From positions 62,992,001-63,056,000 of the forward strand of contig OZ038379.1 in assembly GCA_964036045.1 (NCBI GenBank): 64,000 bases of DNA, given 5' to 3'. The position numbers and the translations under genes are program-made. The notes beneath the pieces were generated by a model, which saw nothing but the letters and a program-made list of their open reading frames with translations, did no database searches and was not told the DNA's origin. Position 1 is the stretch's first letter; each line of letters opens with the position of its first letter. This document shows positions 34,430 through 47,936 of this stretch, one piece after another. This DNA comes from Eutreptiella sp. 'Long Island Sound 2002'. Its lineage: Eukaryota > Protista > Euglenida.

Positions 34430-35453
34430 ATAGTTTTCCGGTATTTGCCCGATGGCATATCATGTAGTAATGACCACATTGACTGATGCTGACCATATCT
34501 CTTCAATGGGAAAGTAGATGGTTGTGGGGACGCAGATGGAGCCACAGCCGGCGACCATCTTGCATGCACATGTGGCAACAATGTTTGGGGAATGTGGCTG
34601 TCCGCACCAGCGGCAGTGGGCAACACAAAGGGCGCCGAGGGGGGGCGGAGTGCAGGAGGGAACTTCTTTGGGGTAGCGCATTATCAGACAGGGGCACCGG
34701 GGCGCTAACTGAACGCCTACCACTGGAGGTGATTGAAGTGCAACTCAAGGCAGGGGGGTTGCTTCTATGTGGTAAGGGCATTGGTGGCAACAGGCTGTAT
34801 TTTGACTGCCCACCGCTACGGTTTGCTTCCACGGGTGGTGGAAGGGACCGTATGTGCTGGCGATCGGAGTGGTGCCGATAAATCTGTGTAAGTGTGGATT
34901 GGTCGGCATCCGGGGGAGGAAGTGGCCGAGGAGGTGGGATACGGGGATGGGAAGACGACTCCACAGGGGGACGTGAGTCTGGAATAAAGGTATCCAGGAT
35001 CACTGCAGCCCACTGCTCGCTCCATGACAGAACATGGGATCGTCATATCTGATCCCCTTGTCGCCATGTGACGAGGGGGTTGCGCGTTAGGTTCCGCAAT
35101 GCAAAACGGAACCGTGCACGAAGCCCACAGATGTAGTGCACGAACCATCGTGCCCCATCGCCATTATTGTCCCTCAGCAACTCCATTGGAGTCAATGGGT
35201 CATTGAGGGAGGCCTTTGGTGGGGTTGGGTGGTCCTTGGGGACAAGCTTTGGTGGCCGCGGTGGGGATGGGGGTGCTGATCCCGTAAACATAATCGCCTC
35301 ATGCAAGGCGAGCGTAGCTGCAGCACGCGCTTCTGTTTCACCAGTCGATGGGACCGGTAAGGGTACTGGTCCTACAACCTCATCTCCTTCTTTATCCTGG
35401 CCGGCGGCCGGTACATCCACCTCCGTATGTCTAGCATGTGGAAAATCAGCCAT
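34430..35453 (-). pseudogene. Pro-rich unknown accessory ORF with Cys/His cluster inside element G
   Basis: ORFs 35043..35453 and 34503..35003 lie in one frame separated by a stop; CCHMC motif. Confidence 0.3.
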
Positions 35454-36449
35454 GGCTGCTGTAAAAAGAAGATAGCATGTTGCATGTACTTAATATCTGG
35501 GACATATGACCATATAGTAAATGTAAGAGCACTGCACAGTATGCATAAAAGTCAACTACCATAGATTAGGGTATGTTGCAAACAATGTCTCCTCAAACTC
35601 CCATAGAATCAGACGCACCAAAACAATAGAAACATCACTTCACCAAGCTCGGACTACACCTGCGTGCAAACAGTCTAAGGCTTGTTGTATAGTACTCCTC
35701 AATGGCTACTGACTGTCATACTTACACAATACCACGATGGCACCATTGTAAAACACGATACAAGAGCAACGCAGCAGAAAGGCATAGAAAAATATAATAG
35801 CACACCACATGTAGAATAAGTTTCAAAATGGCATAACACTATTATGTCACACAAAAGGGGGCAAAACGGGCCATTGTGACTGTCTGTGCTCTGCAGAGCC
35901 CAGCCAACAGAGAAACCCTAATAAGCACCCCTTAAGTACCAAGTCTGTGAATGCTGGGCGCTGTGGAGCCAAGGTTGTTGGAAAATCCTAATATAGGCGT
36001 TGTTTTGGCACTTCGATCTAGATGATGTGGTGCCTGGTGTGGCACGTGTCTTTGATCATTGCCCACCGGTCATGTATGCAGGAGTTGTATCCTTGATTCC
36101 GGTTCCTGCTGACCAAATCGGGGACAATGTTTAGGCTAACTATGTTAGAGCGTCGGGGAATGTATACCACTTCACCCAGTGCCATGTCGCGTGGCCACTT
36201 GACCACTGCATACATGAGCCAACTGTTGTAACGGGGGTAGGCACAAAGGGAATAACTTGTAGCCTGGGCTCTGCGGAGCCCAAAGATCTAAAATGTCCAA
36301 TATTGGGGCCTAAAATGACTTACACAAGTGGTCCGGGCTCTATAGAGCCCAGCCTGACCAAAAATGCAAATTTTTTGCACCCCTACTTTAGCACAAGCGA
36401 AGCACCACCCATCACCCCTTTTTTCGCTAAAATGATAGGGGGCACTTTG

Positions 36450-39400
36450 CGCCTCCTACGTAAATGGGCAAAAAAACGCAGAACCACGGGACAAACGGGC
36501 CAAAAGTAAGCAAAGTGACTGAGTTCATTCAAAGGTGTGGTGCACAAAGGGTACATGCAAAAGGTGCCGGAATATTGCTATCATTTTCCGGGTTGTGTGG
36601 AGTGTTTCTTCTGCGAGAGCATCAGCGGTACTTTGCCATTGGGCCACGTAATGTCGATCAAATGAGTCATGCTATGCTAGAAGGTAGTACTTGGGGACGT
36701 TTTGCTGCAACTGCAATTCGGCATACCTCCATCAAATGTTGTCTATGCATGCACAAGGGGAAGGAGGTCCTCCGTTTGCTCCGAACTTGGCTTACAAATT
36801 ATGTGTTGCCATCGCCTCAGCAGGGCGATTCCCCCTTTCCATGCCTTCCAGCAATTCCATGCAAGCTTCCTTGCCGCATGACTCCGCCGCCCAAGATGAC
36901 CCTTCCGCGCTTGATATTCTTGGGTGTGTAGGTGCTAGGACTCTATCGTCATCTCCAAAAACTGTATCGCAGCCCATTTCTTCGATCCCGTGGATGATGT
37001 CTTTTGAGACGTCAGACACCACACAAATTGTGTCTCTTGCTTTCCTCCTGTGGATCTCAACCCTCAGGTCGCTCCTTTGCACGGCGTCTTTTCTGTGGTC
37101 GGTTAGGAACTTCCCCGGCACCGCAGAGGAGTTCGGACATGACGTGCAACACTATGCGCATGAGATGTATTGAAACAGACCGAGCACGTCCATTGATGCC
37201 CCCTATATACGGCAAGGGGCATACATATATGGATATACGCCACCTTTGCAAGATAATTTCACACATGTGGCAATTCAACCGCCAAAAGAGACAAATAATA
37301 GACGACGCACCATGCCCACCCCCGATATTCCAATAGTTCGAAGCATTAGTGTGCGGGAGGAGGGTTGAGGCCACGTGCGTGGAAGAGATGCCCTGACATA
37401 TGGTGCAACGTTAGAACGGGCATGTATGGATGGCGCTCATGAAGACTTTGCACATGGCCAATGCCGATGTAGAGAGTTTGTGCCTCCGCACATGCCTGCG
37501 GCTATGCATTGCCAAGAAGCCCCGGAAGTGGCTCGTGGGAAAATCAGACCATCTCTCTTCAACAGATACATGAACGAAAATGGGACAACAATGTCTTTCA
37601 ACGGTCCGAGCGAAGAGCAAAACTCCGGGGACGACTCCCGACGGTATGCCTTGCATGGCACAAGCAACTCTAGCCCCAGCATGTGGCGTTAGCAGCCCGC
37701 ATTCTCACGCCGATGTAGGCAAGTGCGCACAGGGTGATATGGTTTTGGACGAGGACGAGAAGAACCCCTTTTGTAAGTCGGTGAGAATGGGCCAGGACGA
37801 AGTATCTAACGTGGTGGCTTTTTAGGTGGGAAAATGGGGGATAGTACTATATGACAAGATGCGAATTTTGTTAGTGTGGCAACACGGATCGTTGGGGCGA
37901 TACCCCATGAGACATGCGGGGTTACAGATCAAGCATGGGATTCCGGGTGTACAACAATGTAGTCGCGGTTAGCTCTAGTTTGTACGTGCAGTACTCGCCA
38001 ACGGACTCTCGCCCGAGACCCTTGGGGAAACAAATCCACAAGAATAGAGAAGCATCCCGCGAAGGCCATGGGACATCGAGAAGGGTCTGGCACAGCTGTC
38101 GAGTTCTAGCGACTAGAGAGGCTATGCACGAACCATGTAACGACCGATTTATTGGCTGCGGACGGAGTCCCACGCCGTTGGGCGATAGGTGGGTCTATAA
38201 ATGTGCCAAAAATGTAGATATTTTCTCTTGGATTCCAAGGCGGCCAACTGAAATTCGACACAGGCACCCAAAGCCTATCTGGACCGGATTGGGCTACAAA
38301 GCGATCCCATGGTGACACGGATTCCGCTCTGGGTGGGCCACAAACCGAAAGACTGTCTGGAGAAATTGAGAGTCAAGTTGAGCTGCATCCTCAAATCGGC
38401 GAGCGGCACACAGCTGACATGCGTCTTGAGGCTTCGAATCATCCTCTCCTTTCCACTAGGAGGCCGGATTACGTCTTCTCCGTTATCCCCATCACGAGCA
38501 ATTGGATTACCAAGCACGAGATCTTCATCAAAAAGATTGTGCTTGCAATGTTGTGACTGCCTAAGACGGCACCCAATACATGGCTACACATGCCGCTAAG
38601 CCTAGAGGGGTTCCGCATCCCCAAGATTCAGACGTGATTGCACCTGAAATGCATCAAGATGTTGGTATGAGCCCTGAACCATCACCGTGCGATCAGCAAG
38701 CAAGCATCTGAATCTTCATGGTTCACAAGCACTGTAGACATCCTACGGTCATGGGACCCAAGGGTGATCCGAGACTAGCTATGTCATCACAGGCTGTGCA
38801 TGAGCTCACCTTATCCATGATCCTAATCTTCTAGATTTGATTTGCATGACTGTGTCCATTTGGGATGTGACATTTGGCCAAATGAGGCGGTGCATATTTA
38901 CCCCAATTCATGCTGCGCTGGCCTCATCTTGCTTTGTGACCCACCATTTCCGCACCGTATCTTTGTATTCCTCGGTGGCCATGGTCACTATCTCTAGCAC
39001 TTCCTTCGCATCGCCCGAGACAATCGTGATGTCCGAATTCATGCGGATGCGTGCTTGATGAGTTCCCGGTAAATCTTAATTGTCGCTTTTGGGGTCCAGT
39101 CTACATACAGGCACCAACATAGTCCCACGGAGATCATCACCAAGGCTTCTTTGTCCATCTAGTCTTTCGTAGTCGAACTTCTTGCGAGCGGGGCTGAAGC
39201 CTCATCGTGTTCGTCGAGCCATGTAGGCTGAACAATAGGGCATAGCGTGTGGTGAGGCCCACTAGGATGGTCCATTAGCTTTCATCGCATGGCGTCGTGT
39301 TCGAAAGCAGCATCTAATCTGTCACTTTCTGTGATACTTTGCGCTTCATTTGGACCGTGTTGGTGGCTACTTCAGCTTTATACGGTGAGGATAGGAAGCT

Positions 39401-39880
39401 CTAGGGTCCCTTTGGGGTTGTTGCTTGCTTGAACCACACAACCTGCATATCTTCATCGAGAGCCCCTTGTAGTATCTAGATTCGGGTCCTTGCATCCTGT
39501 AAAAAGGTGCCAAGCTGAGCGCAAGCTTGGTTCCGCATTTCCTTGCCCATGCCTCGGGGCAAATGTGCGTTGACGACTGCCACGAGTAACTTTTCCCGTA
39601 CCTTGATTGATACTCCTAGCCAATGGTCGTGCTTCTGCACATGCATCTTAGCTCTCGTGGCGTGCCTCCAGTGGATGAGCTCGGCTAGGGTTCGTGTGTG
39701 GAGGTCACTGGCCATCGTGCACTAGTACGGTAGGCCCTTCACACTTACAAGGTATTAGGTATCCCATACCTCCTGCAGGGTGGTGATGTCGGACACGGTG
39801 AGGGCAATCTGCGCACAAAGACGTTCCTAATTGCCCCGTAGGCTGCAGCTGTTGACTCCTAGGACTCGCTTGGCAGGCAT
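36450..39880 (-). pseudogene. Heavily degraded APE-RT non-LTR retrotransposon ORF2
   Basis: APE remnants RVLGVNSCSLRG..DITTLQEVW (39780-39870) and WLGVSIKVREKLLVAVVNAHLP. RT remnants GDAEPL (QGxPLS-like), LFDEDLVL (YADD-like) and IYIFGT (YLG-like). The upstream region 40150-42300 may be ORF1. Confidence 0.6.
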
Positions 39881-39974
39881 TTGGTTGATGGCTGTCGGCT
39901 GTGGTGCTTAGGCGGCCGTTTCTTTGTTGTAGTTGTCAACCATTGATTGGAAATCTGCTTTGGGCGGTGGACAA

Positions 39975-40115
39975 TGGGCAGTGGAACTTCGGCTATGCAC
40001 CGCCACACTGCCTAGGGGCAGTGGGCAGCGCAACTCCTGCAATGCACTGCCACACTACTCAGGAGCAGTGGGCAGTGGAACTCCTGCAATGCAGTGCCAC
40101 ACTGCATGGGGGCAC
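39975..40115. repeat. Three copies of a ~46-bp unit GCAGTGGGCAGTGGAACTCCTGCAATGCACTGCCACACTGC
   Basis: Direct inspection. Confidence 0.8.
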
Positions 40116-42440
40116 TGGCTAGGAAAGTGATCATGCGTCAGCTCTCATAGTCGGGTGTCCCCTCATTGGATGTGGTTTCTGTGGAATCGTGAGTGGGCGT
40201 GTACCGCATCACTTTGGTGTCCGCATCTTTGAGATGGCCCCGGCGTGCACCAAATTAGCAGGCTTTGTTGATTTGATATGATGGGTATGGAGGGCCTAAT
40301 GCGTGCCATGAGATTGGGAGTCGAGCACATGAATCCTGACAAGAACACCTGGATTGCTCGCGCGTGGTGGATGAGTTGCCATGTTTGGAGGTGTGATACT
40401 ATGGAGAGTTTTGTGAAGTGCTGCAACAGTATACGACGTGCTTGCTCCAACGAGTCAGCTGTGTTGACGAAAATGAGGAGGGCGTACACCCGCGATTGGA
40501 GGTGTCGGTGGCAGCAGGAATAGCTCTTGAGGTTCGCAGCACATTGTGCCGTATTTGGTCTGCGTTGATGGAATGCCGCCTATTGAAGACGAAATTTGGA
40601 TGAGGTTTGCATACTTCATTGCATGGCACCGTCGCTCCACTCTGGTCTCATTGCCTTTCGGGTGTCCTCGTCTACCGGGGTGGACGCCGGCATCATTCTT
40701 TCGAGTGTTGGCAACATCCAGGTGGAGCATGAGGATCTTCTAGGTGTCACCTCTGGGGGTCATGAGACACAAGTGGAGTGACCCGCTACTCCTTCAACCG
40801 TCGCTATCTAGTAGCCTTTGGAGAGTCCCACTGGGACCGTTTCTAATATGAACAGGGTAAGCAGATCGTCTCCCATGTTCCTTGCTGATGGGTATGGGTG
40901 GCATCCCGCGGCTGTCGCGATCTCATGCCGCTGTGATCATGGCGCTGATGCCTGGGTACCTACCGGTGGTGGTGCTGGGAGTGTCAGCATCATCGGCACC
41001 TGTGGCGCTGCTAAGAAAGAGAATCGGCTTGTTGTGGGTGGCATGGCGTACAAGTGCAGGTCAGGCATCATGATCGGTGGCATTGGCACGGGGCGTCATC
41101 GGGTTCTAGTAGATCTAAGTATGGGTGATTGGCATCGGTAGTGGTGCACTCATGCTTGCTGTACTAGGTGCATGCTGGCTGGCATATGTGATGCGGCTGC
41201 GCGGTGTTGCCGGCTGCGATGTGGTTGCAGTTTGGATGAGTTGCATGACTCCTCGTGCTCCGGTCTGTTCGTTCTGTAGACAACATGGTTCTCCTTTTCA
41301 ATTCTATGATGGGATGACGAAGTCATGCCCGTTGCATGTCCTCACTATGATGGTGTCTGCACGTCGCGCTATCTTGCCGCACCCCTCTCGTTGTATCTCG
41401 TGAAACCACCAGCCTTTCCTCCTCGCAGTTTCAGTCTTCGCTTGGGGTACCTGAAGACATTCGTGAATAATTCATTTGCTTCATCCATGTTGAGATTCAT
41501 CGGGTTGGATGCCATTACGGTCATGGCTCAATCTTCATTAGAGTGGCTCGTGGTTTGCGTGAGCCCCAAGATACCCGGATTTCCCCGGGGATTGATTGAG
41601 TGTGTTGGGGTCCATGTTGAGGCGGTGTGCACTGTGGCTGTAGGTGCGCGTCGTGCTGCCTGGTGTGCGTTCGTTGGCATTCATCGTTGCTGTCCTCCCC
41701 GTGGCATGCCTAGGTTGCGGTTTGCGTGGCTGGTGGGTTGCTAATTCGTTGTGCACGGCGTGGGTGGGGGCTGGAAGCATTGGCTTGCAGTCTGTCCGCT
41801 TAACGTGGACATTGTTCCTGTCATTTGGTGTCCCATGGTTTCAGCTGCGAGTGCAAGTGCAAGACAATGCTTGAATCTTCGTGTCCATTGTGGAAGGGAT
41901 GGTGTCGTATTCGCTTGGGGGCATACCTTCGTGATTGTCTCCAATCCTCTTTGAGTTCAGTTTTAATCATTGCTACCAGATTGCCTTCCCATAATTTTCT
42001 TTTTTTTTCTTGTCGAATTTCAGCCACGTAGCCCAAGATACAGCCTGTTCTTGGTTTTGGGGTTGTTTGACACGAACTGCGCACATTCTGGGCTATTTTA
42101 ACCATTTTCGGGCCGTTTATTGGACAAATCGTGGTGTTAGACAAGAGGCTCTGTGTCACGGAGAGGTAAAGGCATATGTGTTGTGTACCAACCTTTTCGC
42201 TTCATTCTGATTGCGTTCTGGGGCCGTTTGGGGCCCAAAAACTTTATTCTATTTTGGGGCACGAAATGCGCAAACTTGGAAGTGCACGTCCGAACTTAGC
42301 GCCATTCCCTCGGGGCGCTCCGGTGACTCTTGACCTCAAAACTTGGATTAGGGGAGGGCACCCCCTAGGCTCTAGGATGGCTTGATGAGGGAAGGATGTG
42401 AGGCGTTGTGGCGGAGTAATGGCCAACACGGAAAAGTGCT

Positions 42441-42496
42441 TGGTTGGTTGGTTGGTTGGTTGGTTGGTTGGTTGGTTGGTTGGTTGGTTGTTGTAG

Positions 42497-42582
<86 letters not shown>

Positions 42583-42598
42583 GCTGTTGTTGTTGTTA
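42441..42598. repeat. (TGGT)n + (GTT)n microsatellite
   Basis: Direct inspection. Confidence 0.97.
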
Positions 42599-43344
42599 GC
42601 TGAATTAAAGGGGAGAGGGGTGTAGTAGTATATCGTTTGGCTGATTTACAACGGAGGAGGGATGGGGGAACGGGCTCAGGGGGGGGGGGCCTCCCTGCTG
42701 GAAGTAAAATTAAAGCAAGAACGTGCCTCAGGGCGCACGTCACAAGCAGTCACTCTTCTGCGAGCGTTAGAAATGCCGGCCTGAGATATGCCTTGCGCAT
42801 GCCAACCCATCCCACCCAGCGGCCTCACACCTGGCAACCCCTATGCGCGCCGCGAAGCGAAGTGTGGCTGCCATTACTACTTTTCTGGCGCAAGCTCTGG
42901 ATTTCTGAAGGCTAAAATGACTAGAGCGGAGCAGAATCCAAACTCGGGACTGAGTAATGGCCAAAACAAAAAGAAGCCATTTTGTAGTTGTTGTTGATGT
43001 TGTTGTTGTGGTTGATGTTTGCATGTTGCTTCCTCCACATTCATCAGTAGAGGGGCGTTGTAAAACGTTGGAAAATAATATGACAACATAAGATGGAACA
43101 TTGGATGATTGATGAGGCTTTGGATGAGAGATAAATTGCAGGTCTGCATGAATTCTATTGCCTTCGGCAAAGTACCTCGAAGAGAGGCTGACAGTCAGCC
43201 AAGCAATCAGTCAGTCAGGGAAGCAGTCAGTCGGCATTAAGGCAGGCAGGCAGAAACAGACAATTTGGCTTTTTATCAGTGGCGGACCACAGCTACAAAC
43301 AGTGAAGGCTCTGCAGACATCAGAAACTGTAGACATCAGAAACT

Positions 43345-43412
43345 GTCAGCGGTCGAGTGGTAGAACACTGGGCGGGCAATTCGTCCGTCACCGGTTCGAC
43401 TCCCGGCGGCCA
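43345..43412 (+). pseudogene. tRNA-like sequence (Pol III A and B boxes); tRNA pseudogene or SINE head
   Basis: GGTCGAGTGGTAGAAC (A-box-like) and GGTTCGACTCCCGG (B-box/T-loop) at tRNA spacing. The acceptor stem pairs poorly. Confidence 0.45.
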
Positions 43413-43549
43413 GTCCCACAGCCGGCGGCGATGGACTGCTCAGCTCTCTTCTATACAACCCTGGTTGAAATCCTTCTGATCACAAACTTTTGAGCCCCCC
43501 CCCCCCCACCGCCTAAAATGTGGTTATCTAGTTTCAGAGGTGGAGAGGC

Positions 43550-46500
43550 CTCAAAATAAAAAAGTCTATTGGGGGATCGTCTTGTCAGGCAAAATAATGA
43601 TTTCACAAGGGGTTGGGCATCCAATATCATGCCTTGGGGTATGCTACGCGAATTATCCAAAGAACAGGGGGTGTATGGCGTCTGCTCCTACGCTTGATCT
43701 AACAACATTTCTTCGAGGTGATTTGGGACCACAACAGCTTTCCACTCTGAGCCTTGCTCAACCTGCTTGACTGAACACATTTACCTCACTGCATACCCCT
43801 GTTGTGATATCAAGACTCTCAATATCGAATCCTATCCAGAAATCCCAGCTCACACAGGAATAGAAGGAGTGCCAGAACCTTGCATCATTCTTCATGAAAC
43901 CAGGAATAGTGTCAGGAACAATCAATTTCTGTAGATGTTGGGGGGTTATCAGCCGCCCTTTGGTGCCAGCCACGACCATACGCACGTTGCTTGAGGCTTT
44001 GGCCAATTCCTGTGAACCCCAAATAGTCTGAAAGGCAGAGGAAAGATACTAAAATGCTCCAACAAAGCGCTGCATGAATTTCACCGCTGCCAAAAAAAGC
44101 ACGCACCTGGCCCCCAAAAATAATGCTACACGCATCGACATGCACCTCGAAGAGAAAAATCAAAAATTTCTGGTTAAAAATTTGTTTAATTGTCCCTTGA
44201 CGCCACCCTGGCGAGCATAATCATCATTTGCAACTAAAGCATTCAGAATGATGTATTGTGCTAATTGCAGGGCTGATCAGAAATCTCTAACGCAATCCAT
44301 CGTCATAGTATCCCGCTGCTACTCACCTTTCTGTGCTGCTCAAGAGCTCTATGGATTCCATGATGGCGAGGCCAAACTAGGACCATTTTGATATGTACCA
44401 GACGAATTGCGTCACGATGCAGATTTTCCAGGGCGAGGCTATATGCATCCTTAATTAAACCTTTGGGACTGGGTGCCGCTTCCACAAAAAAAAACGTTGG
44501 ATTGGCAGAACAAAGAGGGACTAACCTGCAACAAAAGGCAAATTCCCAAAAGGCACAGAATACAACAAAGCAGCCAACCATAATTCCTGAGATGTCTGAA
44601 TAGTTAAAAAATTGAACTTGACCATACGTGTCTGGTTGGTGACAATCTTGCTTTTGCGCCTGAGAACACAAACAAGACAAGACACCCACAGGGTGCTGCT
44701 CAATTTGCCAACTGTGGGAGCATTCAATGTGGCAGCATTTTTGCGCTTCTTGTGATCCCAATCCTTCCATGGCTTCAAATTGCCCGCAGCCCTCCTAGAC
44801 ATGCCCTTTTTGGTAGAGACAACCTGCAAATGGTGCACCAAATCACGCACTGCAGTAGTTTCTGTGCCTCCTCTGTGCACCAGAAAGCGGTCCATGCTGT
44901 ATACCCCAAAAACATCGCGGGGCACACAAACATATGGCACAAGGTGTAATACCAAAAAATCCTCCTGAATTGACTACTGATACCCATCACTGATCCCTGG
45001 CTTTCTGACTGACAACAGCTGGTGGCAATATTTGTGGGACCAAATGTGCTCAAATGGTAATAGCTTCTGGGGTTCATATGTCCTTACGGGGAATATTTCG
45101 CACCTACACTCAAAAAAAGTGGGGGAAATTCCTTACCAGTTGGAATTATACGGTGTTTTCCCCATGCAAAAAATCCCTCATGGAATCCCCCCCCCACCTG
45201 TACAACATAGACACACAGATCCATAACAGCAAATTGCATGCAGTGTCTGCAGTCCTCTTGGTGGTTCTGTTTACAGCTTGGTTGATGGAAGGATATGGTT
45301 GGATGTACAGGGGCGTAATCGGCTGTGCACTTCTTAGATTCTGTGTGTCGCCTTCATAGCCTGAACAAACAACCCAGGCAATTGATTGCATGTTGTAGGT
45401 GCAGGTGTGGTGCTCAGGTGCTTGAATGTGTGCAAATACCTGTGTATGTCGCCGCCTCGGATAGAATAAACCCCTCATCAAGGCCAAATTACAAATTGCT
45501 TTCCAGCGAAACATATTTCGCTCAATCCAAAATATATGCAACACAATCACACAGAATAAAGCTGGGCAGGCATACCATGGAATCGGCGGATGCCTGAAGT
45601 TTTTGCCCCAGAGAGTCGACTGGGGAGCTGCAAAGACAACAGTGGCTGCAACGGAGCGACAATTGGGCTGAGACGCCCACAGCAGAAAAGACAGAAGCGC
45701 AGAGGAAGGGAACAGAACAATTAGACAGACACAGGGATGGACCATCTGACAGGCAGCCTGCCACTGTGGTTGTTGGAGTGAGTCTCCAATGCTGGAGGGC
45801 GAAGGTGCCCCTGGAGACTGTGCCACTACAGCAGGCGCACAGGGAAAGGCAGGAGGTGGCAGCATTGGACATGTGGGGTATGTGATGGGGGGGGGGGGGG
45901 CGTACAGGGGTTCGTCCCTTTCTCCCTTACTCCTCCACAGCTTCTGGGGCCCGAGTGAATCTGCGAGCAGCCGTGCTCTTGCAGTCGCTGCCTGCCAGGC
46001 GCAGCGGGGGTTGCGCCTGGCAATCCCCAGCCAGGGGGGTACTTTTGAAGTCGTTTTCTGCTGGGGCTCCCTGGGCTTGGGCTTGGGGAAGGTGGGGCCC
46101 AGGGGGGTAACGGGGTGTGGCTAAGGTTCGTCGGTCTCTGAGCGGTCGCTGCCACTGGTACCCTGAGTGTCATTGTTGTTGTTTTCGCTGCTGTCACGTC
46201 GCTACTACTCTATGTGCTCTGACTGGGGCTGGTGTCCTGGCTGTTGCTGGCTTGCTTCTTCTTCTTCTGAGGCTTGCCTTTGTCGGACCGGGCTATTCTC
46301 TTCTTTTCCGTTGCTCTCCGTTTCCGCGTTGCGAGATACTCCCGGACAATGTCATCATAATGCTGATACTCCTCCCACTCTGCTGCATCCACCTGCTGTT
46401 GGTGTTGTAGTTGTTGCTGGTGTTTGTAATGCTACTGTTGCTGCTGCTGCTGCCTACAGGGTTCTGCTCCTGCACAAAAAATGCTGAAAGGGTGTCCGTG

Positions 46501-46800
46501 GTCTGCTGCCTTTTCAACCATTTTTAGCGTCAACCACTTTTGCACATTCAGCCTTTCCCCCATTGGATATGAGTGCTCCACAACCCCAGCGGTACTTCCC
46601 AGGCTGCTGCACAGCAGAACAAAATCAAACAATGAGGTCTACAAATACACAGGTCTGCAGGTACACACAAAGCGACGCCAATGGCATGACAAAATGGCTG
46701 TCACTGCTGCTCCCAACCTTGCAAAAAAAGCGGAGCTCAAAACAGTTTCCCTGACCAGGAATTGGACTACAGACCTCTAGAACTGGACACAACTGCATTA
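43550..46800 (-). pseudogene. Degraded L1/Tx1-like non-LTR retrotransposon RT region
   Basis: Ordered but weak RT remnants: RFLVHRGG..AVRDLVHHL...NLKPWKDWDH (motif A-like), TSQELWLAALLYSV (QGxxLSPLLF-like), SDYLGF (YLG), and KGRLI...RFW (thumb). Confidence 0.45.
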
Positions 46801-46899
46801 CCGTTCTACTACAGTCTAGATCTGTTGTATATACCCCCCATTGAGGCAATTGCCCACATTTTAAATCGAAAAAAAACGCCATCAGCCTACACACAAACA

Positions 46900-47037
46900 T
46901 TAAACGGGGGGGGGTCCTAGACTACAGACCCACCCACCCAGAATACAATTCTAAGAGGGGGGGTGGGTCGCAGACTTTTGACCCACCCACCCAGGCTGGG
47001 GCACCCACCCAGACCCCCCCCCCCCAAGTGAACTTAA
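46900..47037. mobile_element. Small MITE-like element bounded by TTAA
   Basis: TTAA at 46900 and 47034, G-run/C-run ends, and internal inverted ACCCACCCA/GGGTGGGT motifs. Confidence 0.35.
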
Positions 47038-47454
47038 TTCCTTATAAACGCTCCCTGCCGGAAATGTGCCATGGTCCAGCGGACAACAGCGAGTCAGGGA
47101 CATCGAAGGGATACCACAGTGCAAGGCAGTCTGTGCCGTAGGAACACACACCCATCCCCACGTCCGATGCTCTCAAAGGGGGTGTCGCCGGGCCAAATGC
47201 CAGACAAACCCCCGGAGCTTTGGGTCACATAAGCACCGTGGAATTGCGGCGACACACACAATCCCAAATGCGTATGCAGCGCCAAATGATGTTACCAAAG
47301 AGGGAGGGACGCAAGTGTGGAGGACGCAGACAGGGCTGAAAAGAGGAGCGAAAACCAGGATACAGGCCAATTCAGACGTCAAGCAGGGAAAAATGTGGCA
47401 GACCTGTTGGTACTGGCAAGTGATGCAGAAGTGTTTGAAGGTTTGGGTTGTGAC

Positions 47455-47577
47455 CCTGGGTAGCCCATCATCTCTTGTGCATGCTGCAACGCCCCCTTGA
47501 CATTTTCCGCGGTGATGCTCAGGTACACACTGCTGCCATAATCGGCCACATCGTACTTGTCAGAGGCAGCGGTCAAA
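47455..47577 (-). CDS. Possible exon of the host C2-domain gene
   Basis: TGCAG|...CCAGG|GT, 123 nt, same phase at both ends; peptide LTAASDKYDVADYGSSVYLSITAENVKGALQHAQEMMGYP. Confidence 0.35.
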
Positions 47578-47936
47578 CTGCATGCAAATGATGTGATTCT
47601 GTCAAGGAGCTGTATGCATGAGTAATGAGCCAACTGTTGGGAGTGTGCCATGGGCTGGCAAGTGCATGCCATGCATTGGGTACAGTATTCTTTGATGGCT
47701 ACCAGATAGGAAAAATGTAATTTTGAACCTCAACACTGGTTGGGATGTGGCTTGTTTAGATGGGTCAAGGACAGAAACACTGGGTGTGTAGCACACACAG
47801 GCTCCCGTATTTGGTTTGATGAAGTGGGCACACGCAAGGAGGAGTTAGCTGCAGGAGACAGTGTGGCCATCTAATGGGTGCTCTCACACATGGGTGTTCA
47901 GGGAAATAAAAAGGCGGAGGTACTGGCACTCTAGGG

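Larger units (their letters stand above)
27100..36400 (-). mobile_element. Large DNA element (G) defined by dispersed 20-bp palindromes, containing a DDE-like transposase and decayed accessory ORFs
   Basis: The palindrome was noticed only between 27.1 and 36.4 kb, and all coding remnants are on the minus strand. Termini were not identified. Confidence 0.5.

Noticed and set aside
42280-42380. HDV-like ribozyme at the presumed 5' end of the degraded LINE (minus strand: AGCGCC..GGCGCTAAG)
   Set aside because: P4 and a CTAA junction are present, but P1 pairs only 5/7 and L3 lacks the CC needed for P1.1. It cannot be supported without a covariance search.
42372-42743. Poly-Thr / poly-Val ORFs
   Set aside because: They are translations of the (GTT)n and (TGGT)n microsatellite.
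43550-46800. piggyBac or pogo transposase reading (LDEG.., RRIFWYY, ADYAPVH)
   Set aside because: The matches are short and in inconsistent frames, with no TTAA-bounded TIRs. Ordered RT-like remnants fit better, though also weakly.
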